Virus record (IMG/VR): IMGVR_UViG_3300031565_013700
DNA length: 64,000 nucleotides
Source: an uncultured virus (IMG/VR IMGVR_UViG_3300031565_013700)
Taxonomy: Duplodnaviria > Heunggongvirae > Uroviricota > Caudoviricetes
Strand: one strand, 5' to 3'
In this document: one piece after another, positions 56,044 to 64,000 of the stretch
Layout: each line of letters starts with the position of its first letter
Numbering within the stretch: the first letter of the stretch is position 1
Made by a program: the position numbers and the translations under genes
The notes under the pieces: generated by a model
Told to the model about the DNA's origin: nothing
The model's input: the letters and a program-made list of their open reading frames with translations, nothing else
Databases searched by the model: none

Positions 56044-59000
56044 TTGATGGGTACATATTCGGCAGCCGCTTCACCATGGGCGCCAACGCCGGCATGCTCA
56101 GATACCTCTATTTCTACCATGAACATACAGGTATACCGAACAATTATGCGCGGCCGGCCATTTATACAGTCAGCGGGGATCGCCCAGGGACTCTGATAAA
56201 ACAGGGAAATCTCACACTTCTCACAAAAGGTTGGGTGGAGCTCACCTTTCCCATTACAACTAGACTCGACCCTGGCACGGAATATTTCCTTCTCGTCTGG
56301 ATTAACGAAAGCACTACCGGGATAAGTACGGTGAGGTATTCGCTTCCCGGCGGGGCCCAGGGCTTCACAAGAAACATGGGTGCGGGACCGGTAGGTAACT
56401 TCCCAGCGACCATGGTCGGTGGCGCAGTGAGGGGTTATCGCTTCACCATGTATGCCACCTATGACGTCGTCCTCGGCACAGTTACAGAAAATCTCAAAGC
56501 CATCTTCCATGTTGGCCAAGGCTTCCGGGACCTCAAGGCCATATTCAGGACAACCCAAGAAATCCTGTTCGCACAATTCCGTCTACGTCAAGAGATCTAT
56601 GATCTCCATGCAAAGGCCACTGTGAGACATACAGCCACGCAGGATCTGAAAGCAATCTTTTCAGTTGTGCATACTGGTACAGTCAGTCTCTTCTCTAAAC
56701 TCACAGTGAAAAAGGTCTCCATAGCAAATCTTTTCGCAAAAATGCACGTTATCCGCGTCCATGTCGATCTTCACGCGGAATTTATAGTCCGTGGAATAAA
56801 TATTTTGGAAATTCCAGCCGAGGTAATTATACGCCATACAGAAAGTCTGGACCTAAAAACAGAATTCGTCGTCCGATATTCCGCGATCAAGGACTTGCTC
56901 GGGAAAACCACCATCAGGCATTCGGCCACCGGGGATCTCTATGCTTCTTTCTGGGTTGGCGGAAGTGCAGATCTCAAAGCAATATTCTATTTACCAACCA
57001 GGAGAAACAAAGATGCCTATTATCCGGTTATTCTCGATGATATAGATTGGTGGCTTAACCATTTATCTCTGGATGGGAGAGGCTTCATCGGATGGCCTGT
57101 TTTCAAGAAAGACGCCGTGGATAAACGAGAGGGAAAAAATAGCCTCAAAATAACCTCAGATGAAGTGCCTAAAGGCTTCAAAGAAGTCACCTTTGGGTGG
57201 CTCTATGAGCCAGTGGAGCTTACCTACTGGCAACCACCGCCCTGTGTCCTGGGCTTGGATTTTGATTTGCTCGTCCGGGAAGATTGGAGTGGTTATGAAG
57301 AGGCAACTATCGATTATAATGCAATAGAGAAAGATAACACGCTGATGTGTGAATACCACGAACATTTTGGAGCTGGGGGATTAACTGATGTTCTTGACAA
57401 CCACGGTGCTGCTGAATGGTTGGGCCTCAGCTCTTTTGAAGGATGGCTGGCTGGAGAAATACCGTCTTATCGGCATCAGTGGTGGGTTACAATAGCCATG
57501 AAATGGACCTTCGACGGATTTGCAGGCATCGATCTCAATAGATTCGCGTGGGCAAGATGCGAAATGTACCGATATAGCGACACGGGTACTATCCGCGGAG
57601 GCCCGATAAGAATCTACAGGATGCCTGATTGTCAGTATATTGAAGAAAGAGGCAGCCCCGTGGTTATGGGGGGTTGTAACACGGGGAACCATTCAAGCAC
57701 AGGAATAGGCTTGGAGGGCACATGGACAGAGTTGTCCTCAGATTATCAGAAGATGGGATATTCAGAGATCGATCACAGTTTCAATAGACACTATGGAAAC
57801 TTATCCTTCTACGCCGATCCCAGTGATGGAATCGGGTTCTCTTGGGAAAACGCTGATTGGGATAAGATTGATCTTTCCACCTTAATGCTTGGCTGGTTGA
57901 ATGGCACATATAACAATCACGGAATGTTTCTCCATATGGATTATGATATTGTTAATTTTGTCCCATATAGCTATTATAACTTCCTCGATTATCTTCTCTA
58001 TTATTCACGGCATTCGCCTAATGCCAATAAACCAATCATCCGGATCATGCTTCAGCCTTTAGATCAGAAATGGTTGTTCCAGAATCAAAGGAAATGGAGC
58101 ATTAACACAGTTGATCCGTATTCGGGTTCAGCATGTCTACGCTTAAAAGACTGGTCTAAAAAGTCATATACCGACATTGGGACAGAACATGGTGGCAGGC
58201 CCGGATTTTCCTTAAAAAATGAGACCCCTGCAGAAGGTTATATTGACACCGCTTTCAGATTAAACAACGCAACAGTGAAAAGAGTGGATCAACATACTGA
58301 TCATACGGTTGTAGACTGGTGGGTCTACCAAGAAGGCACACCACGAGATAATTATTTCAACGTCTACTTCAGATACCAAGATGAAAGCAACCATTATCGA
58401 GTGGTATTCAACAAAAAAGGAACTAATTGCAGAATAGAAAGAGAAGTAAATGGCGTCTCAAAGACATTGAATACTTTCAACGGGAATTTCAATGTTGGCG
58501 TCTGGAATAAAATCAGAGTAACATTCGCTAAAATCAATGCCAAAAATTTCAAAATCTGTTGCTATAAATGGAATGAATATAGTAATATCTGGACCTATCT
58601 AGCGGGAGCCATAGAATTAACTGAATACTGGCCTAGTGGCGGAACAGTACAGTTCGAGGGATTAGATTGTGATGTTGATGAAACAGACATCTGGGAAACA
58701 ATTTCTAGACCTCCGCCTCTATACATATACAATCAGAGAAAGGATCTTTTCTGCCAATTCCGGGTAGCTGAGTTAATAGAAGGCGAACAGGATCTAAAGG
58801 CAGTCTTTGAAGTCAGGCCCATACTCAGGGGACGTCTTCTAGGCAATACGAATTATCCCTATTATTACAATGGAGTAAAATATGTTTTCTGGGAATTCAA
58901 TGCCTACCAACCCTATTATAGTGATACCTTTTATTGGCTCCAGGATGTTCGCATAGATCAGAAAGGCAACATTCCTAGACCTGGTTACCGCATCCTGCTT

Positions 59001-59972
59001 GTCAGCGGAAATCTCATAGGTGCTGGAAATTCATTTGGCCTCGGAGACAAGATATTTGGCACTTATTATGAATCCGATTCAGACGTCCCCAGAACTCGCA
59101 TTGGAAGTATTGGGGTTGATGGGAGCATTGCCTGGGCAAATTTCGGCTCAGTTACCAGTATCTGGTCAGGTTACGGAGACACAAGCAGCATTGGCTGGAT
59201 GGAAACAGGTGAGCGTCGATGGATATGCAATTTCAGTTATACAGAAATAGATGGTCCTGGCGATACCGTTTGGGTTAGAACCGATGACGTCACCTGGACA
59301 AGATATGTCAAATGTGCATCTGCCAGTACTAAATACAGATTAATGCCTCTAGGAAACGGATATGGACTAAAAATTGTTGAAGCATATCTCACACCCACAA
59401 ATCCAACCATACTCCGAGTGATAGATAGAGACCTCGAAACAGGAGACTGTGGCACATCAAATATTTTAAGTAACAACGCCGAGGAGGAAACAGTTTCTCT
59501 AGCCAGCGATACATCGAATAACCTGATCCACATTGTTTTCCTGGACAAGGATACCGGTGCCCTAGAACATTACTCAATGCCAAAGGCCTCACCCGGCATC
59601 TGGAATTATAGAGGAAAAATTAAAGACATGTTGTCCAGCGAAACATGCGTTGGGATCTCGTTTGACTCTACCACAGAAAGACTTTACATCCTCTACTCAA
59701 TAGGCAATAAAATTTATCGCAAATATTGGGGATTCGGTGGATATAGTTCAGAGAAGCTCATCTATACGGAGAGAAGTGAAATATCCGATCTTTCAGTGCA
59801 CCCTAACTCGCTGGAAGGAAAAATAGTATATGCGTGGCAATTTGATTATCCTCCTGAACCTGAATTCTGGTATAGACTTGGACGATACGGTGTAGCCGAT
59901 CAGTATCCATATTATGATCCATTAAAAGCGGTGTGGGTTGAAACGTTAGATATCTCAGGAGATGGGCCTTAA
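56040..59972 (+). CDS. multidomain adhesin/fibre-like protein (repeats, DNRLRE-like, lectin-like, propeller-like)
   Basis: DLKAxF repeats; IDLSTLMLGWLNGTYNNHG...YSR...KP pattern; aromatic beta-rich composition. Confidence 0.7.
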   Translation: MIDGYIFGSRFTMGANAGMLRYLYFYHEHTGIPNNYARPAIYTVSGDRPGTLIKQGNLTLLTKGWVELTFPITTRLDPGTEYFLLVWINESTTGISTVRYSLPGGAQGFTRNMGAGPVGNFPATMVGGAVRGYRFTMYATYDVVLGTVTENLKAIFHVGQGFRDLKAIFRTTQEILFAQFRLRQEIYDLHAKATVRHTATQDLKAIFSVVHTGTVSLFSKLTVKKVSIANLFAKMHVIRVHVDLHAEFIVRGINILEIPAEVIIRHTESLDLKTEFVVRYSAIKDLLGKTTIRHSATGDLYASFWVGGSADLKAIFYLPTRRNKDAYYPVILDDIDWWLNHLSLDGRGFIGWPVFKKDAVDKREGKNSLKITSDEVPKGFKEVTFGWLYEPVELTYWQPPPCVLGLDFDLLVREDWSGYEEATIDYNAIEKDNTLMCEYHEHFGAGGLTDVLDNHGAAEWLGLSSFEGWLAGEIPSYRHQWWVTIAMKWTFDGFAGIDLNRFAWARCEMYRYSDTGTIRGGPIRIYRMPDCQYIEERGSPVVMGGCNTGNHSSTGIGLEGTWTELSSDYQKMGYSEIDHSFNRHYGNLSFYADPSDGIGFSWENADWDKIDLSTLMLGWLNGTYNNHGMFLHMDYDIVNFVPYSYYNFLDYLLYYSRHSPNANKPIIRIMLQPLDQKWLFQNQRKWSINTVDPYSGSACLRLKDWSKKSYTDIGTEHGGRPGFSLKNETPAEGYIDTAFRLNNATVKRVDQHTDHTVVDWWVYQEGTPRDNYFNVYFRYQDESNHYRVVFNKKGTNCRIEREVNGVSKTLNTFNGNFNVGVWNKIRVTFAKINAKNFKICCYKWNEYSNIWTYLAGAIELTEYWPSGGTVQFEGLDCDVDETDIWETISRPPPLYIYNQRKDLFCQFRVAELIEGEQDLKAVFEVRPILRGRLLGNTNYPYYYNGVKYVFWEFNAYQPYYSDTFYWLQDVRIDQKGNIPRPGYRILLVSGNLIGAGNSFGLGDKIFGTYYESDSDVPRTRIGSIGVDGSIAWANFGSVTSIWSGYGDTSSIGWMETGERRWICNFSYTEIDGPGDTVWVRTDDVTWTRYVKCASASTKYRLMPLGNGYGLKIVEAYLTPTNPTILRVIDRDLETGDCGTSNILSNNAEEETVSLASDTSNNLIHIVFLDKDTGALEHYSMPKASPGIWNYRGKIKDMLSSETCVGISFDSTTERLYILYSIGNKIYRKYWGFGGYSSEKLIYTERSEISDLSVHPNSLEGKIVYAWQFDYPPEPEFWYRLGRYGVADQYPYYDPLKAVWVETLDISGDGP

Positions 59973-62956
59973 TGACCGAGGATTTTACCAGTTGGCTTGA
60001 ATCCGATGCTAGTAATAGGCTCAGTCGCACTGTTCCAAGATCAACCTGGACTGGATTGCTTCGTTCTGACTCCAGCACTTATGCCTACAAGGATTATGGA
60101 ATTGGGTTTTTCGTAACTTTCACTCATGAATTCACGTTAGTGCTCACCGCTGGCACAGGAAGAACATCTAGTCAAGTATGGAGGTGTTCTCCTTATGTAA
60201 TCTCCAATAACCTATCCCATCGACCTTCACTGAATACTGCCATCGCATTAACCCTCGAGCAAGATACGGTTGATACGCCGGTTGGAAAAGATTACAGCGT
60301 CTTTATCGAAGAATTTAATGGAGGCACAAATTATAGAAACGAAGTAACTGGAGTAGATTTCAATTATGGTATCCCCTATTATGTCCGTTTAGTTCGAAGC
60401 GGTGTGAATGTCACCGTCTATTATTATACTGATGCCGCTAGGACGGTTCTTTATGGCTCACAATCCATGGTTCTCCACGCGACGCCCGTCTACAGATATC
60501 TCATGGCCCCAACTTCCGTGAGTGCAGCAGGAACACAATATACAAATGGGTATATAGAGGACCTGGACCTCGGCTTAATTTACGATGGATCGCCGCAGGA
60601 TCTGAAAGCGGTCTTTGAAGTAGCGCAGTGGATTGATTTAAAAGCCGAGTTCAGAGTAGCCCAAGACATCGCTGATCTCAAAGCAGAATTCCGAATAAAA
60701 CAGTTATTTCAAAATCTAAAAGCTGTCTTCAAAATCAGAAGATCCGGAATACCTAAAGATTTATTCGCCAAATTCGAGACCAGCACAAAGTTGGATGCGT
60801 CTGAACTTTATGCCAAATTTGGAGTGAGAAGAATCTATGATCTTTCAGACCAGGGCGGGGTGGGCTTTTTCTGGAAAGGCGTCGGCGGAGGCCATGTTGA
60901 TATCCAGATATTTTCATCCACCGGAGCCTGGATTGGCAAATTCCCCGATTTTGGGGAGTGGACGTGGATCAAGTTACTCTGGGAGAACCTGCAAGAAGTT
61001 GACATCGACGGCTCCCGACCAGATAAAAGTCAGATAACGGGCTTCCTCTGGACCTATCATACCCCTGGAGAAAGGCATCTTGATGGTCTTTATGGATTGC
61101 CGATCGGCGGCGATCCTGATGTAAAGGCCCTCATGACCATCAGACATGCAGCATATAATGATCTATCCGCCTATCTATTCCGCAATCTTTTCAGAGAAGA
61201 TCTATACGCCAAAGTTACAGTGCGTCAAAATTCAGTGAAATCGCCTGATTTTAGCGGGGCTATAGCGATAGGAATAACTTCGCCTTATAATTGGGGTAAC
61301 TCGGCCTACCACGTTTATGGGCTGCAGAATCCCAACTCCAAGAAGTCTTTCTCTGCAGCCGGAAGACATTGGTTATTTTATGATCAAGGAGAACTCGACA
61401 ACATAGAAAACAGACAATTATGTTTCGTATCCTCAAAAAAGGGTGCATGGATAGCTAAAACATACGTTCCGGGAGTAACGGGAGTGTGGGGTAGCTACAC
61501 CGAATGGGGCGCCTGGGCCACGTTTTTTGATGGCGTTCATGTTCATCTTGCTTTCACTAGTCTAGGATCCGCTGGAGACTTACAGTATGTGAGAGGAACT
61601 CTTCAAACCGATGGCACAATAATCTGGGGCGCCGTACAAACCATACTCACGTATTCATATTATGCCTGGTTTGACATATCGGTCGACATAAACGGATATC
61701 CTTACATCATATATGCAAATCATAATGGAAGTTATTTCACAGGAGCATATCTCATAAAATCAACCCAAAACGATGGAACTTGGATCACTGAATTCGATAC
61801 CGGATATCATCTCGAGACTAACAAAACACCATATTCACAAATCTTTCGATTAAAAAACGGAAATATGATAATACTCAGAGCTGATACAGACAATGATTTC
61901 GACGAGTATGTTTGGAATGGGATCACTATCACGAATACTAAACTAACTGATCTTGTAAATGAATCCTACACAGCTACAATAGATTCAGAAGATATTATCC
62001 ACGTCGTTGCTTATGGATCTTCCACCATCAAATATAGGAAAAGATTGCCAAATGGTAATTGGACTGATGATGTTGATCTAATAACAGGCCTTACCCAAAC
62101 ATTAATGACACCAACTATCTCAGCAGGAATAAACGGAGAGCTTGTGATATTTTATTATGAAGGAAATGAGGTAAGTTACATTCGGTACACTCCCGATAAC
62201 GGATGGTCTGAGCCAGATAGCAGAGAACTACCTTATGATGTTTATAGAAATAATCTCCAGGCACCATTATCATTCAATGGAAAAATCATGGTATATGCTG
62301 AGGTAGAAGATAACGCGCCGTATTCAGGCACAATATATGCACTATCTTTGAGGACATATAATCCATTAGAATTAAAAGCAGAATTCGTAGTACGGTATGG
62401 TTTCGAGAATCTTAAAGCCGAGTTCGTGGTGAGGTATGGCAAAGCGGATTTATTTGCAGATTTCAGGGTGCCATTCAGGTCTGAAAAGGATCTCTACGCC
62501 CGATTCAAAGTCGAACCACATAAAAACCTGAAAGCAGTATTCACATTGAGGCAGCTGACGGCTGATCTGAAAGCGGAATTCGTGGTGGGTGACTTGGTAG
62601 ATATTTACACAATCTCGTCTGAAGTAACCTATTATAACCCGACCGTTTGGACGGCAGTAACAGGGATGCCCTTAACCATACCAAATGTCAAAATAGGGGA
62701 TAAAATTGTGGTTATCTATGATGGGCAATATTCTACCCTTTACGCTTACCTTAGATTAACTGCAGGAGGCACCCAGCTTGGACCATATTATGCAAAAGCG
62801 GGATTGTCTTATGGGGAATATCTAGTGAGCCTTACCAGATCGTATGTCGCAATAGCCAATGGTAATCTCATAATCCAGCCAGAATGGTATAATGGATCTG
62901 CTAATCAAACCCAGCATTATAAGAGCAACATGGTCATCATGCATTTCCGTGCCTAA
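59972..62956 (+). CDS. multidomain adhesin/fibre-like protein (LamG-like, CBM-like, BNR/propeller-like)
   Basis: Domains separated by DLKAEF repeats. Confidence 0.7.
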   Translation: MTEDFTSWLESDASNRLSRTVPRSTWTGLLRSDSSTYAYKDYGIGFFVTFTHEFTLVLTAGTGRTSSQVWRCSPYVISNNLSHRPSLNTAIALTLEQDTVDTPVGKDYSVFIEEFNGGTNYRNEVTGVDFNYGIPYYVRLVRSGVNVTVYYYTDAARTVLYGSQSMVLHATPVYRYLMAPTSVSAAGTQYTNGYIEDLDLGLIYDGSPQDLKAVFEVAQWIDLKAEFRVAQDIADLKAEFRIKQLFQNLKAVFKIRRSGIPKDLFAKFETSTKLDASELYAKFGVRRIYDLSDQGGVGFFWKGVGGGHVDIQIFSSTGAWIGKFPDFGEWTWIKLLWENLQEVDIDGSRPDKSQITGFLWTYHTPGERHLDGLYGLPIGGDPDVKALMTIRHAAYNDLSAYLFRNLFREDLYAKVTVRQNSVKSPDFSGAIAIGITSPYNWGNSAYHVYGLQNPNSKKSFSAAGRHWLFYDQGELDNIENRQLCFVSSKKGAWIAKTYVPGVTGVWGSYTEWGAWATFFDGVHVHLAFTSLGSAGDLQYVRGTLQTDGTIIWGAVQTILTYSYYAWFDISVDINGYPYIIYANHNGSYFTGAYLIKSTQNDGTWITEFDTGYHLETNKTPYSQIFRLKNGNMIILRADTDNDFDEYVWNGITITNTKLTDLVNESYTATIDSEDIIHVVAYGSSTIKYRKRLPNGNWTDDVDLITGLTQTLMTPTISAGINGELVIFYYEGNEVSYIRYTPDNGWSEPDSRELPYDVYRNNLQAPLSFNGKIMVYAEVEDNAPYSGTIYALSLRTYNPLELKAEFVVRYGFENLKAEFVVRYGKADLFADFRVPFRSEKDLYARFKVEPHKNLKAVFTLRQLTADLKAEFVVGDLVDIYTISSEVTYYNPTVWTAVTGMPLTIPNVKIGDKIVVIYDGQYSTLYAYLRLTAGGTQLGPYYAKAGLSYGEYLVSLTRSYVAIANGNLIIQPEWYNGSANQTQHYKSNMVIMHFRA

Positions 62957-64000
62957 CGTAACCAGTTTCTTCCTCTTTTAACTGGCTCCTCTATTGTGAA
63001 TGTTTTGATGTCGAGCATGTCAGGGCGTATATAGAATTCGGCGCCGAGATTGAGAGAGGCATTAAACTGATTCACGAAGAATTCAGCCTCAAGGTCTTTG
63101 ACTAGCGTCGCTTGACTGACTTTAAATACGGATCTGAGATCCAAAACAGAACTGTGTCGGACCTTGAATTTGCAGTAGATCCGCCTACGGATGAACTGGC
63201 TATGACGGATAACAAAGATTACCCTCAGTTCTTTTGAAGTTGTTTGCCTGATGATTGATTCGGCCGCCAGATCCAAACTTGCAGAATGTCTTATAATGAC
63301 CTCGGCGGGTAGCTCTAGGTTCTCTTGCCTAAGGCGGAAAACGGCCTTGAGATCGAGGCTACCGGAAGAGTAAACACTGAAAACGGCCTTGAGATCACGC
63401 CAGTGGATAACAATGAGTTCGGCCGGAATATCCTTTGAGGCCGAATGCCGAATTACCACGAAGGCCTCGAGATCCTTGCTGGTCGAATGTCTTATGATAG
63501 CTTCAACTAATAAATCTCGGCTGTCTTGGCCAACATGGAAAGTGGCGGAGAGATCATTGATAGCCGAATGCCTTACCTTGAATTCGGCCTTGAGATCACG
63601 CCAGTGGGTAACAATAAATTTGGCGAAAAGGTTGGTATCCCCGCCTACTGTACCGGGAAGAGTGCGATAGGCAAAACCTATTTTTTTATCGGCCGCTCCC
63701 TGATCTCCGGTATAATAAGAAATCACGAGCGTTTTGTTGACATCGCTTATTATGAAACCATTAGGAATGGTGTTGTTTCCTTCCCAGCCCTCTGTCGCTC
63801 TATATGCTGGTTGTGCAGGTCTTTGGATCCAGGCATTAGCAACATGAAAATCTTGTTCTCGGACATATGCTTCATAAGCTCGGCTAGATACATCACCGTT
63901 ATAGAGCCATTCATAAAGCAAGTAATAGATGACTTCGACCCCTTCAATTCTCTTGATCAAACTGGGGTTGGCACAGAAAGTATCAGCTCCATAAGTATTG
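62953..64000 (-). CDS. adhesin/fibre-like protein with C-terminal repeat block, 5' end outside window
   Basis: Frame is open to the window edge; ~15 repeats at C-terminus. Confidence 0.7.
   Translation of the reverse strand, partial: NTYGADTFCANPSLIKRIEGVEVIYYLLYEWLYNGDVSSRAYEAYVREQDFHVANAWIQRPAQPAYRATEGWEGNNTIPNGFIISDVNKTLVISYYTGDQGAADKKIGFAYRTLPGTVGGDTNLFAKFIVTHWRDLKAEFKVRHSAINDLSATFHVGQDSRDLLVEAIIRHSTSKDLEAFVVIRHSASKDIPAELIVIHWRDLKAVFSVYSSGSLDLKAVFRLRQENLELPAEVIIRHSASLDLAAESIIRQTTSKELRVIFVIRHSQFIRRRIYCKFKVRHSSVLDLRSVFKVSQATLVKDLEAEFFVNQFNASLNLGAEFYIRPDMLDIKTFTIEEPVKRGRNWLR
63384..63615. repeat. 31-nt direct repeat, one mismatch (63384-63414, 63585-63615)
   Basis: CGGCCTTGAGATCACGCCAGTGG(A/G)TAACAAT. 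Confidence 0.8.

Larger units (their letters stand above)
1..64000. mobile_element. Segment of a tailed archaeal virus or provirus genome
   Basis: Tail-module gene order (adaptor, neck, terminator, tube, frameshifted chaperone, tape measure), many small unknown genes, archaeal-type PCNA/RadA/Alba/MCM, no housekeeping operons. No capsid, portal or large terminase recognised in this window. Confidence 0.85.

Noticed and set aside
55708..63960. Diversity-generating retroelement acting on fibre genes
   Set aside because: No reverse transcriptase and no ~100 nt template/variable repeat pair in the window.

Overview
The window looks like part of a large tailed archaeal virus or provirus genome (Caudoviricetes-like). 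Archaeal origin is supported by PCNA, RadA, Alba and MCM-like genes, GGTGA/GGAGG Shine-Dalgarno sites and TATA-type promoters. Bases 1-46.5 kb are almost all on the + strand. They begin with a dense run of small accessory genes, followed by DNA repair, replication and modification genes: a Ku-like protein, ATP-dependent ligase, TGT/DpdA-like transglycosylase, ParB, a degenerate LAGLIDADG protein, two HerA-like ATPases, MCM-like helicase, PCNA, Alba, Gp37/Gp68 radical SAM, RadA and a carbamoyltransferase. Bases 46.5-55.7 kb are a minus-strand siphovirus-type neck/tail module. Bases 55.7-64 kb encode large adhesin/fibre-like proteins built around a shared short peptide repeat. The most striking unexplained signal is a ~40-45 nt two-hairpin element found about 21 times intact (plus ~4 degenerate copies), always directly upstream of a + strand gene between 1.1 and 31.6 kb. 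Its stems covary, its wobble pairs are G-U on the sense strand, and the second stem usually contains the ribosome-binding site, so it is a candidate virus-wide cis-regulatory or processing RNA family. Other candidates: a four-site operator regulon tied to an AbrB-like gene, two HNH genes with non-canonical starts, a TGT with an internally amplified barrel strand, and a Gly-Gly-ending small protein with a possible Cys-containing partner. All family calls come from motif recognition by eye; no database searches were run.
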